From positions 369 through 64,368 of IMG/VR virus record IMGVR_UViG_3300025066_001702: a DNA stretch of 64,000 nucleotides; one strand, given 5' to 3'. The stretch comes from a virus. Its lineage: Duplodnaviria; Caudoviricetes. Below are positions 50,205 through 59,387 of this stretch, one piece after another (position 1 is the first letter of the stretch; each line of letters begins with the position of its first letter). A program made the position numbers and the translations under genes. Below the pieces are notes generated by a model. It ran no database searches. It had not been told where the DNA came from and saw nothing but the letters and a program-made list of their open reading frames with translations.

Positions 50205-52091
50205 TTACTTTACGTCGATTGCAATGCTTTCGCCCGAGAAGACTTGAGTTCTAATAGGCAAGCCATCTGGACCAGCGAACAATTCAGTTTCTAAATGAAA
50301 TACAGAAAGTCCACCAAAGCCGTTGTCAAGCCCGGTTGAATCAAAAACAAAATTACCGTTGTCTTCGAACTTGCAGAACATCTGTGTTTCTCCAACTTGG
50401 GCGCTGACGAATACTTCCTCTTGCGATGAATTATCATACGAAACCGACAGGCTTCCATCCACTGATAGAACCGTATCATTGGTTCTAAACTCAGTAGCAT
50501 CCGGAATCACGGCAAATTGCCCGATCTCCCATGCGCCAAAGTAAGAAGAAAAATCTCCAGGGGCTTGAGCGTCGAGAATATCACCAGGATTAAATTCAGG
50601 CATATTGTCGGAAACTTCTGTGTCGGAAACTGTGTGGTTGTCCCAAGTATAATTTGGCTGCCCACTTATCAATTCTTTCCCAATTCGATAAAGCTCTTTT
50701 TCTGTGCGCACCTCAAACCAAGTTCCAACGGAACGTGAATCATCGGGGATGCCGGGAATAGAACCCTCTGGAAATAGGCGCTGAACTTCTTCATGGGTTC
50801 CAGTCCAACATTCTCCAACATTTAATGCCTTATAGTGATCGTTGCAATACTCTACATCGCCTGGCGGATCCCAAAAGAATGCACCGAGGGTGTCTGCGTT
50901 TAATTCATCATACACGCTGTTAGAAGCATTAATGTTTTGAACATTAACTGCTCCAGCAATGCGACAGACATCGATTTGAATAACTTCGATTGGTTCACAC
51001 TCAGCAGCAGAGGATCCCTCTCCATCCATAAACTTACTTGTTGATTTGAGCCAGTTTCGATTATTTACTACGGTAGCCCCAGTAAACGTCACTTCATCTC
51101 CAACGAGAACACTGCAAACATAATATCCATTATTATCAGTTACTGCCACTGAGGTGGATTGGTTTCCATCACAAGTTACTTCTGCTCCACGGATTGGAAA
51201 TCCGCTGACATCCAAAACTCGTCCAGAGGCGCATGAAGGCACCATGCCTTGATCGCAGTTCCACCAAGAGAAATGAGTGGCTTGAAATTGGAAGAAGGTA
51301 TTTCCATCTTCTTCTATAATGTTCCCAAAACCCTCCTCTATCCACATCCCTCGTTGAGTATCAAAAGACCAAGATGATTGGGTGTCTCCATCAACAAGTT
51401 GATAAATCTCTGGAAGATCTCCATTAGTGATTGGAATTTCTAAAGATGCTGGAGTATTGTCAGAAATATTTAACTCTTCTCCGTCTGTGCCAAAGAGCGC
51501 GACATCAACCATGCCATAAGATACGAGTTGAAGAGTCTCAGTTACATCCTTGGTGGTATTTGAAGAGCCTTGAGCGATAGCAGTCAAGTCAGTTGGCGCT
51601 CCCCAAATCTCTGGAGTGGAAGGATCTACATGAGTAACTTGAACAGTTACTTCACCAGAGTATTGATTTCCATCAGAGTCTATAAAAGAATTCTCTGGAA
51701 AATTGATTCTTGTTCCTTCAATAGATACACTACTTGCTTCTGCTGAATTAACAACAGAGAACCCATCTGCTTCAAGAAGAGAGGCATTGGATGCCACAGT
51801 TTCCCAAGATTGAAGGGCGGCAGTGGTGTAGTTTCGTGCATATCCTTGTTTAGAGAATTGCACAACGATGGTGTCTGCTGGTTCTACATCAAGTAGAGTA
51901 TACACTCCATCAGCAGAAGTCGTTGCTTCCACATCTTGTGCGGTTACAATTACTCCTGGCAGAGGAAGTCCATCGGTAGTTGTGACAATGCCAGAGATTC
52001 TTCCATGAGATTCTCCGTCATAAACATCGTTGTAGTTGAGTCCACTGCTACATGCAGCGAACAATGCTCCAAGTATAATTGTTCTAATCAT
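50205..52091 (-). CDS. Lipoprotein with carboxypeptidase-regulatory-like (Ig-like) domains
   Basis: Lipobox FAAC; G.I.G.V...PLPGV.V repeats, HFSWWNCD. Confidence 0.7.
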   Translation of the reverse strand: MIRTIILGALFAACSSGLNYNDVYDGESHGRISGIVTTTDGLPLPGVIVTAQDVEATTSADGVYTLLDVEPADTIVVQFSKQGYARNYTTAALQSWETVASNASLLEADGFSVVNSAEASSVSIEGTRINFPENSFIDSDGNQYSGEVTVQVTHVDPSTPEIWGAPTDLTAIAQGSSNTTKDVTETLQLVSYGMVDVALFGTDGEELNISDNTPASLEIPITNGDLPEIYQLVDGDTQSSWSFDTQRGMWIEEGFGNIIEEDGNTFFQFQATHFSWWNCDQGMVPSCASGRVLDVSGFPIRGAEVTCDGNQSTSVAVTDNNGYYVCSVLVGDEVTFTGATVVNNRNWLKSTSKFMDGEGSSAAECEPIEVIQIDVCRIAGAVNVQNINASNSVYDELNADTLGAFFWDPPGDVEYCNDHYKALNVGECWTGTHEEVQRLFPEGSIPGIPDDSRSVGTWFEVRTEKELYRIGKELISGQPNYTWDNHTVSDTEVSDNMPEFNPGDILDAQAPGDFSSYFGAWEIGQFAVIPDATEFRTNDTVLSVDGSLSVSYDNSSQEEVFVSAQVGETQMFCKFEDNGNFVFDSTGLDNGFGGLSVFHLETELFAGPDGLPIRTQVFSGESIAIDVK

Positions 52092-52113
52092 ATTTTTTCC
52101 TTTGTTTGTAAAA

Positions 52114-52509
52114 TGGTGGACTCGGCGGGAGTCGAACCCGCGTGTTCCGTAATTTTAATTTCAAGTCATTCACAAGTTTATTTGATTTTTGTCGAGCAGT
52201 TTCCATCTCAACCTGTCGTTTTAAAACCAACAAAAACGAGGTGATTAATCAACTGGTAAGTTAAACCCTCACCCATCCCAATTGATATGTTTTGGTGGCT
52301 ATGAGACGCCGCTTACCACCCTGTTGCAGCATCTGCTCAAATTGGATAGAAGGTTCTGAGCAACCTCCCGACTACGCAGCTAAAGCTACAGCGTCGAAAT
52401 TGTAATTGTTATTGGCAATTAATTTTTGAAACCACATTTTAAGTCTGTTGTTTCCTGAGACTACTTGCACTATTCATCTCCATTACAGAGTCGAAGCCAT
52501 TTCGAGCCC
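52114..52509 (-). ncRNA. ssrA: tmRNA, tag (A)ANNNYNFDAVALAA
   Basis: 5' GGGCTCG pairs with 3' CGAGTCC-A-CCA (G3:U70); T arm GCGGGTTCGACTCCCGC; tag ORF GCC...GCG TAG at ~52416-52372. Confidence 0.93.
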
Positions 52510-52515
52510 TCAATA

Positions 52516-52544
52516 CTTATAACATATTTATTCAGTTTTATCAA
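52516..52544 (-). promoter_or_regulatory. Sigma70-like promoter of tmRNA
   Basis: TTGATA-17 bp-TATAAG with TG, 6 nt upstream of the mature 5' end. Confidence 0.65.
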
Positions 52545-52902
52545 CTGATTCTTCTGAAAAATAACCTTTTGTACCATATTTCTTTATCGCTTTTTTATAT
52601 TCTACCATATTTAAGCCCAAATAACTTGCTGCACTAGCCTGAGTCCTACTTGCTGAAAATATCCATTTCAAAACAGCATCTTTAACTATTGGATGAAGAG
52701 ATCTCCAGACTGGTAAGCCAAACTGTCTCCCATTTAATGTCTTTGTGGCAAGTTCTAATTTCAGTCCAATGACTTCTTCTAGTGACAACTGACTTAACAT
52801 AACTTCAAAATCATCTGACGATCTATTTTCACGTCTGAGTTTCTTAGATAAACTATAGTGTTTATGAATGCCTTGTAATTTTCTTTGTTTTTTAAAACTC
52901 AT
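52528..52902 (-). CDS. Hypothetical protein with C-terminal Fis-like HTH
   Basis: TQASAASYLGLN...KAIKKYG. Confidence 0.5.
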   Translation of the reverse strand: MSFKKQRKLQGIHKHYSLSKKLRRENRSSDDFEVMLSQLSLEEVIGLKLELATKTLNGRQFGLPVWRSLHPIVKDAVLKWIFSASRTQASAASYLGLNMVEYKKAIKKYGTKGYFSEESVDKTE

Positions 52903-53033
52903 TTTTATTTCTCAGAATCAAACAAATTAACTAAACTAAGTCAAAAACAACTGTCTAACTTAGAATGCCACCTTCCCTCCAAGGGTAGCATACTTTGATA
53001 GCTGTTTTCAAATTTATTTTAATATTTTTAAAA

Positions 53034-53882
53034 TTAGAGAGGATTGACTTCTTCGTCTGAAATGCCTGGGGCTTCCAATTCATCAGCACTCAATTCTGAC
53101 GCTTCTGGCTCTTTTCTCTTCTCATACTCAGGGTTCTCAGGCTCTGGAATGATGGCTTGAAGCTCACTCTCAAACTCATCAAAATAGAGTTGAGTGTTAG
53201 TGACTAAATAATCAGCATAGAGTTCTCTATCAGTTGGATCGTATAAAGTGCTGTATGTATTGATAACTACCTTCTCTATCTGCTTCATGCTAGTTAGAGC
53301 AGCGGCAGCACCAGTCTTGTCCTCGCCTTCAATAGAGAAATCATCAAGCTCTTTATCTTCTTCGCTGTCGTCTTCCACGCTTTGAAGTTCTTCTGATTTT
53401 TCTCTTCCGATGTCAAGTTTCTTTTCAGGATCAGGAAAGTCTTCAGAATCTGCAATTTTTACATCTATTTCTTCGTTCACACCATCGGCGATTGGCGCAT
53501 CTACGCCGTCAGCAAGAGCATCTCCATCAGATTTGGCGTTGAAGTTAGTATCACCACGGAGAATAATATCTTTCAAGGCACTGATAATGTGTGCCCTGTA
53601 AGAGTCTCTTTGCTCTTTCTTCGAACGAAGCGCTTTATATCCACTCTCCAACTCGGGAATAACCTTCTTCAAGTCTCGGCGGAGATAAGAAATACCCGTT
53701 GACTCGTCGCCCTGTCCCTCTTCTTCTTTCAGAAGTTTCTGGATAATTTTGCGAAGTCTGGCTTCTTCAGACATCAATGCGGATTTCTTTTTCAGCTTAC
53801 GCTCTTGGAGGATAGTTATCGCTCTTCTAATCTGTTCTCTTAATTTCTGTTCTTCAAGAAATTCTTGTCTATTGATTCTCAT
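53034..53882 (-). CDS. Acidic hypothetical protein with LRxxIxxxLxE motifs (putative internal head protein)
   Basis: LREQIRRAITILQE, LRKIIQKLLKEE; highly acidic C-terminal half. Confidence 0.55.
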   Translation of the reverse strand: MRINRQEFLEEQKLREQIRRAITILQERKLKKKSALMSEEARLRKIIQKLLKEEEGQGDESTGISYLRRDLKKVIPELESGYKALRSKKEQRDSYRAHIISALKDIILRGDTNFNAKSDGDALADGVDAPIADGVNEEIDVKIADSEDFPDPEKKLDIGREKSEELQSVEDDSEEDKELDDFSIEGEDKTGAAAALTSMKQIEKVVINTYSTLYDPTDRELYADYLVTNTQLYFDEFESELQAIIPEPENPEYEKRKEPEASELSADELEAPGISDEEVNPL

Positions 53883-56302
53883 CCCGTAAATACTCCCATT
53901 TCTAATAAATAGTTTGTAACTTCCTCAACATCAACTTGTTCCCGTGCTATTTTGTACTTAGGTCCAACATTTCCAGATTTTCCAGTCTCGGGATCTTCTT
54001 CGTTAGTTCTATCGTCGGCATCTCTTCCGCTTGGATAGTTAGGATTCCAGCCTTGTCTGTCTTCTTCAAGCTCTTCTTCTTCTTCTCGAAATATCGTTGG
54101 CTTCTTCTTCCTTTTGCTTGAACCGGCTCCGCCTTCGGCAGCAGCGCCTATAGACATCTCTTCGATTGCCTCCTCAACGTCCACACCTTGTTCTACAACC
54201 CTCTCCAGTAAACTATAGATGTCCAAGCCCTCTCCTATTTTATCGAGGGCAGCAGGGTTCCTTACAGATGGAGCATTTGTATCTTCATCATAGTTTGGAC
54301 GTTCGTGCTCCTCATAGTTTCCTCGACTTCCCAAGTCGTCCATTAAGTTCTGAATATCTTTTTCAGACTTTCTCCTGAGAACTTCCTCTGGTAGGTGGTA
54401 ACTAAATTCTTTTATATCATTCTGGGCAACGGCGTCGCGCATGTGTGTCGCGCTAATTGGTTGCCCTGCATATTTGCTTCCTTCTGGATAAGAGTAGTCT
54501 CCGGCGGAAACCTTCACGGGCGGCTCCGTCACCGTTACTCCTTGCCTATGATACTTTCCGCCCGGCTGATGTCCTTTTGCAAATATTTGAGTCCTTCGAT
54601 AATCATTATCTTTATCGCTCGATCCCATTGCAACAGCCATATTTCCCTGCTGTAATTCACTGGGATCAATATCTTGAACTAAATCATAAACATCTGACAT
54701 TGGATTTTCGTATTCTCCGCCTTCCGGATTCTTCTTTGAAATCTTTAATTGACGAGGCTTTGCGCGAACAAACGTTACATCGTTTCCTTCTGTAATTCCA
54801 TATTCTTTCCAAGTTCGAATGGATTCGTCATAACCTATCTCAATCTCGCCTTCGGAGTCGCTTCTCGACATATCGCCGATAATGATGGCGACTTTCTCAA
54901 CCGATGGGTGATTGAGGTATGATTTTACGAGATTATAGTGTCCCTTGTGAGGTGGTTTGAAGCCGCCTGGAATGAGAACAAGGAATTTCTTGTCCTCGGG
55001 ATTGCTCGGTTCATTTATCTCTGGTGGCATCTCCGAGTTTGACGGAGCGTTGAAAAATGTTTCTGCTTCGTTCATCTGTTGTTTCTTGATAGGAGGTAAT
55101 CCCTTCTTTCCGAAAGAGAAGAGGGCAAGAAGGTGATGCATCGGTGTGAAGTTTCCTGTAAACTTGTAGACTCGATCACCTACTTGGAATACAAAACCTT
55201 CCACTGCCGTGCTGACATTATCGTGTCGCTTCAACTTCTTTAGTTGCTTACCTAAAACATCGTGAGCAATGTCTGCACCTTCGCCTTCATACTTCTGAAG
55301 TTCTCTTATAGCTACTTCGACTTCTTGTTTTAATCTTTCTGTCTCCGCTGTGTTGTCGAGAATGTAAGAACTCTCAACTGCTCTAAGAAGTTCTACGGAG
55401 AAGTCGTGAATAGCGTCCTCAATAGGAAATATAAAATCTTTTTTCAACTCTTCGGCGTGCTTTACGAGAGCGCTTATCTTCTTCTTTACTTCAGGCGGCA
55501 TACCTTTAGTGATAGACGGAATGCCTATTGTTTTTCCGTTCTCGTCTTTTCTCTTTAGTATTCTGTCGATAACTCTCTGGCGAATGTCTCCGTGAAGATA
55601 ACTTGCCTCTCCGTCGAGGTACTCTTTTAGTTTTCCTTCGAGAAACTCGTCGATAGTCATAGTTCCAGAGAAGCCTGCTTTGTTCATTCTGCTTAGAGCA
55701 ATGCTTAAGTCGTGTCCGTCGGAAAGTTGGTTTAGCTTCAGTAGAGCGGTTCTGCGGACGGCGAAGGGTTCGTCTTGGAGAATCTCTTCGAATTTGTCAA
55801 TTGCGTTGTCGAGAACGATAGCTCCTTGTGGATTCTCAACATCTTCCATTTTCTTTGTCTCTGCATTATATCTCTTGTGTCCAGTAGAGTGAAGTGAAAG
55901 AACATTAGCGTCGTAGTTTATCATCGTGCCCGCTGCTGGACCTTGTATCTCTGAACTATAAAAGATGTCGTGGTTCTCACCGAAGATTGCGGCGAGATCT
56001 CTTTCTTCGAGTGAATTCAATGCTTTGCTGTATGCTCGGAAAGAATCAAGATACGCTTTACGAACTTCATCTCCGCCTTTGAACTCCCTGTCTGCTAATG
56101 CTTGCCAGTTCATTCCGCCCTTGGACATATCGCCCTTGGATCGTGCGGCTTTTGGGACTCCATCGGAATAACCTAAGTAAATCTTGAATCCGTCAGTCTT
56201 CTCGGTTCCGACTAACTCGCCATTCGAAGCAGCAGTAAGTATCTTTTTTATCTTGTTGAACGACAGAGAAGTGTCGTCCCAGAGTTGCATCATTCCAGGC
56301 AT
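53879..56302 (-). CDS. Fusion of RNA-ligase-like nucleotidyltransferase (DUF6267-like) and HxGH cytidylyl/adenylyltransferase
   Basis: TEKTDG (motif I), EGFV (IV), YKFTG (V); GGFKPPHKGH and ISATHMR. Confidence 0.7.
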   Translation of the reverse strand: MPGMMQLWDDTSLSFNKIKKILTAASNGELVGTEKTDGFKIYLGYSDGVPKAARSKGDMSKGGMNWQALADREFKGGDEVRKAYLDSFRAYSKALNSLEERDLAAIFGENHDIFYSSEIQGPAAGTMINYDANVLSLHSTGHKRYNAETKKMEDVENPQGAIVLDNAIDKFEEILQDEPFAVRRTALLKLNQLSDGHDLSIALSRMNKAGFSGTMTIDEFLEGKLKEYLDGEASYLHGDIRQRVIDRILKRKDENGKTIGIPSITKGMPPEVKKKISALVKHAEELKKDFIFPIEDAIHDFSVELLRAVESSYILDNTAETERLKQEVEVAIRELQKYEGEGADIAHDVLGKQLKKLKRHDNVSTAVEGFVFQVGDRVYKFTGNFTPMHHLLALFSFGKKGLPPIKKQQMNEAETFFNAPSNSEMPPEINEPSNPEDKKFLVLIPGGFKPPHKGHYNLVKSYLNHPSVEKVAIIIGDMSRSDSEGEIEIGYDESIRTWKEYGITEGNDVTFVRAKPRQLKISKKNPEGGEYENPMSDVYDLVQDIDPSELQQGNMAVAMGSSDKDNDYRRTQIFAKGHQPGGKYHRQGVTVTEPPVKVSAGDYSYPEGSKYAGQPISATHMRDAVAQNDIKEFSYHLPEEVLRRKSEKDIQNLMDDLGSRGNYEEHERPNYDEDTNAPSVRNPAALDKIGEGLDIYSLLERVVEQGVDVEEAIEEMSIGAAAEGGAGSSKRKKKPTIFREEEEELEEDRQGWNPNYPSGRDADDRTNEEDPETGKSGNVGPKYKIAREQVDVEEVTNYLLEMGVFTG

Positions 56303-56315
56303 TTGAGTCTCCTAA

Positions 56316-56579
56316 CTAGTGAATATCTTCTTCCAGTAATGTAACTTGTTCCTCAAGGATTGCAACTCTTTCCTGTAGTTTTCTCATGTGTTTCTTTATC
56401 TCTTTGAGGTGTTGCTTTGCAACTGCCATTCGGCGTTGTTCAGTTTTTGTCCGAGGGCTAAACGAATTTAAAGTTTCACCCAATGCTTGAACATATTCTC
56501 GAATACCAATATCATTGGATTTCCCTTCTCCGAGATTATGAAAGAACTTTCTTGTTAGTGAATCTAAATCTATTGACAC
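56316..56579 (-). CDS. Hypothetical coiled-coil protein
   Basis: 87 aa with heptad pattern. Confidence 0.55.
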   Translation of the reverse strand: MSIDLDSLTRKFFHNLGEGKSNDIGIREYVQALGETLNSFSPRTKTEQRRMAVAKQHLKEIKKHMRKLQERVAILEEQVTLLEEDIH

Positions 56580-56583
56580 TGTT

Positions 56584-56799
56584 TTATTCCTCGACTTTTC
56601 TTGAACGAACTGGGCGTCTGACTGGTTTCACTGATTTCGCAGCAGCCTTGGCGACACGGGCAGCCTCGGCACGTTGTGCTTCTGCCACTTTGGCGGCTTC
56701 TGCTACTTTGGCGGCTTCTGCCACTTTAGCGGCTTCTGCCGCTGCTGCAGCATTCTCCGCTGCCTTCATTCTTAGCCATTTCTTTTTTGGTGATGCCAT
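56584..56799 (-). CDS. Small basic Ala/Lys-rich protein with AEAAKV repeats
   Basis: About three 18-bp repeats; AGGAG RBS. Confidence 0.6.
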   Translation of the reverse strand: MASPKKKWLRMKAAENAAAAAEAAKVAEAAKVAEAAKVAEAQRAEAARVAKAAAKSVKPVRRPVRSRKVEE

Positions 56800-56802
56800 T
56801 AT

Positions 56803-57000
56803 CTATCTCCTTCTGTTTTGTGAATAATATATTTTAGGCAGTTTTTCGCCAGAGCTTAAGCAAGCCCATTTACCTTGGGAAAGTTTCTCAATCATATATT
56901 GATATGCATCCTCTTGGTTTCGAAAGGGATCATATATTCTGCCCCCCTGATTATCGCTCCATATGACAATAAAATTGTCAAAGTTATCTACTTTGTCCAC
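56803..57000 (-). CDS. Hypothetical protein
   Basis: 65 aa in the operon frame. Confidence 0.45.
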   Translation of the reverse strand: MDKVDNFDNFIVIWSDNQGGRIYDPFRNQEDAYQYMIEKLSQGKWACLSSGEKLPKIYYSQNRRR

Positions 57001-58010
57001 TTTTTAATGAGATTTTCGAATAAATTTCTTTGATACCATTGATCGTTTGATTCTTTAATCTCTGACCTACCAGTAAACTCAGCCCCCGCTTCGGCGTTGG
57101 CTCTTGCGCCATCGCTGTAGTCATCTCCAGCTTTGGAACAGCCCCAGTCAGGGGATGATGCATCTCCATTCCAAGTCCCGCCACGCTCTTCGCATTGGTC
57201 TATCATCTGATCCATCATTGGATGTCCATTTCCTTCGTCAAGCTCTTCCTCTTCGCCTTCACGGATTCTGTCTGCTGGAACATCACCGCGTGCTCTGTCT
57301 TCGTTGCCTTGGCGAATGCGTCGTTTCTCGTCAAGCTCTTCTGGAGGATGATCCATCTCGCGCTCTTCTCCGCCGACGCAGCCTTCGCCCTTTGTCCAAG
57401 TTCCGCCTCGTTCTTCGCACTTGGCTATCATCTGATCCATAAATCCCTCTTCAAGGTTGTTGTCGATCTTTTTGAAGTTTCCCTCTTTGATTCTTGTAGC
57501 GACTCTCTTAGCGACAGTTTCTACGATTTGTTTGTATTTATCCATTTGATTACCATCTCCTCTGGTTTGGTAGTAATTAGTTTCCTGTAGCTGAATTTTC
57601 ACGGAATCTTCCCAATCTCGCATACAAAGATTGCCTTTTTCGAAGGCTTCACTCTCCATTTGTCTCATATGAGGATTAACTTGAGCATATCCGAGTTCAG
57701 TTCCTCCTGCTATTTCTGGGTTTAAGTCTCCACGGCAGTTCTGGGTGTGGTGTACCAATTCATGTGAAAGCGAGCGCAAAACATCTTTTGGGTGCCGATT
57801 ATCGATATAAATAACGATTTCGGAGGTATCTGGGCTATAATAACCCGTTTTTCCGAGAACTTTTTGGGAATTTTGCTCATCTGAGTCAAAATAAATGTAT
57901 GGAGGCTTATCAAACCCCATTCTCTTTTGTGCAAAAGGCAAAAGACTCTTCAGATATGAACCTAAATGCCCTAATGACTGGTTTGAACGATTTTTGACTG
58001 TTATTTTCAT
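56988..58010 (-). CDS. Zincin-like (HELVH) protein with acidic repeat-containing C-terminal part
   Basis: RHPKDVLRSLSHELVHH..ESEA; MDQMI..CEERGGTW twice; start position uncertain. Confidence 0.65.
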   Translation of the reverse strand: MKITVKNRSNQSLGHLGSYLKSLLPFAQKRMGFDKPPYIYFDSDEQNSQKVLGKTGYYSPDTSEIVIYIDNRHPKDVLRSLSHELVHHTQNCRGDLNPEIAGGTELGYAQVNPHMRQMESEAFEKGNLCMRDWEDSVKIQLQETNYYQTRGDGNQMDKYKQIVETVAKRVATRIKEGNFKKIDNNLEEGFMDQMIAKCEERGGTWTKGEGCVGGEEREMDHPPEELDEKRRIRQGNEDRARGDVPADRIREGEEEELDEGNGHPMMDQMIDQCEERGGTWNGDASSPDWGCSKAGDDYSDGARANAEAGAEFTGRSEIKESNDQWYQRNLFENLIKKWTK

Positions 58011-58109
58011 TAATTGTGATACCAAGCCTGGCTTAGACACTATAAATAGTGCCATATGTAGCTAATAAAACAAAAATACTCGTATTTTACAATCTTATAG
58101 AGGACAATG

Positions 58110-58493
58110 TTATCGTTCCGGAGGAGAATAGTTTCTTTTTTCCCCTATTCTCGATAAAACTTCAAGATTTACAACCAAAATCTCCTCTTCTCTATTTACT
58201 GACACAGACTTCCGAGAATTATCTCTTACTACATAAACTCTTGCCAATGCAACTTCCCTATTTCCCCTCTTTTTTAGATAAAGTTCTGAAATTATTCCGA
58301 CTTTTTCACTCTTTTCTTTTCTCATATGACATAATCCAGTCCATTTTACCAGATCGCCGACGCTCAGGTTCTCCATCGCCCTTATTCCGAACGGCTCTTC
58401 GCTTAAAATCGTTTTTTTCAGGTTCACTGCTTTATTTTTCGTTTTTGACAATAATTTCTTTATTAATTTCTTTATTGTCTTTCTTTTCTTCAC
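58110..58493 (-). CDS. Hypothetical protein (basic N-terminus, VGDLVKW domain)
   Basis: GTG at 58493 follows a CTATTTA element; alternative start at MENLSVG. Confidence 0.45.
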   Translation of the reverse strand: MKKRKTIKKLIKKLLSKTKNKAVNLKKTILSEEPFGIRAMENLSVGDLVKWTGLCHMRKEKSEKVGIISELYLKKRGNREVALARVYVVRDNSRKSVSVNREEEILVVNLEVLSRIGEKRNYSPPER

Positions 58494-58540
58494 ACCAACC
58501 TTCTCTTCTATCAATAAATAGCATTGAGAAAGTCGTTTTT

Positions 58541-58984
58541 TCAATCATATTGTCCAGCAACCAGAGAAATATAGCTCATAAGACATTTTGTCTTGTGTTT
58601 TTCATACCTTTCTTCATCAATTTCAACGCCAAGTCGATTGGCAAGTCGCTTTCCACGCTTCCAAGCTTCAAACTCCTCTTCTAAGAGGGAAATGCGATAG
58701 GCATCGGAGCAATTCTTGCGTCCGTCATGTCCACATTCAGCATGCGCTGGGAACTCTTCTGAGAATTTCTTCCAATTCTCGCGAATAAGGGCATGTCCAC
58801 ACTCATGAAGTAATGCAAACAACTTTTTCTCGATTCCGTTACGAGAGCAAATCCGAATTTCCCTAACATCCGAATAACATGAATCAGAATAATCGGGCGC
58901 CTCAAACACCTCATATCCTAAACGATTTACAGCATATTTCCATACATTGTAATAACCAGCGTGAAGCTCACTTCTATCAACCAT
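58541..58984 (-). CDS. Zincin-like protein (ImmA/IrrE-type HExxH)
   Basis: LLHECGH...EEFEAW; AGGAG RBS. Confidence 0.7.
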   Translation of the reverse strand: MVDRSELHAGYYNVWKYAVNRLGYEVFEAPDYSDSCYSDVREIRICSRNGIEKKLFALLHECGHALIRENWKKFSEEFPAHAECGHDGRKNCSDAYRISLLEEEFEAWKRGKRLANRLGVEIDEERYEKHKTKCLMSYISLVAGQYD

Positions 58985-59042
58985 GTCCTCTCCTTACATA
59001 GCTAATATAGCATAACTTCAACAGAGTTGTGTCAAGGAGATG

Positions 59043-59330
59043 TCAAAAATCCACAATATTATGGTTTTTATGCGATTTGACAAACTCAAGCAGAGCTTCT
59101 GGGCTTACTTTATTGATTTGCCCTGCTTTAAATTCTTCTAAACCATAATTTCCATTTTCATTAAAGGCATAGCAGCTATCCTGAGCTTTTTGATATTTTT
59201 CATCGTTGTGCCAATCTATTCTATAATACGCCCACCCGCTTTTATCAATTCGCTGACTTTTAACTGTCCCGACTCGTAAAAGTCCACTATATCCATTCCA
59301 AACAAGATCACCATTTTTGATTGAGCCCAT
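59043..59330 (-). CDS. Hypothetical protein
   Basis: 95 aa; GGGAG RBS. Confidence 0.6.
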   Translation of the reverse strand: MGSIKNGDLVWNGYSGLLRVGTVKSQRIDKSGWAYYRIDWHNDEKYQKAQDSCYAFNENGNYGLEEFKAGQINKVSPEALLEFVKSHKNHNIVDF

Positions 59331-59357
59331 GCCTTCTCCCTTTGCTGTTACCTATCC

Positions 59358-59386
59358 ATTATAACACAAAATTATGAAAATCTTAA
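59358..59386 (-). promoter_or_regulatory. Sigma70-like promoter
   Basis: TTAAGA-17 bp-TATAAT with TG. Confidence 0.55.
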
Positions 59387-59387
59387 A

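Noticed and set aside
44191-52509. tRNA/tmRNA genes as prophage attachment sites
   Set aside because: No integrase and no duplicated 3' tRNA fragment were seen; the flanks on both sides are phage-like.
56650-56745. 18-bp tandem repeats as a CRISPR or regulatory array
   Set aside because: They are in-frame coding repeats (AEAAKV) without unique spacers.
58049-58684. 211-aa plus-strand ORF
   Set aside because: Low-complexity F/L/S-rich antisense shadow of minus-strand genes.
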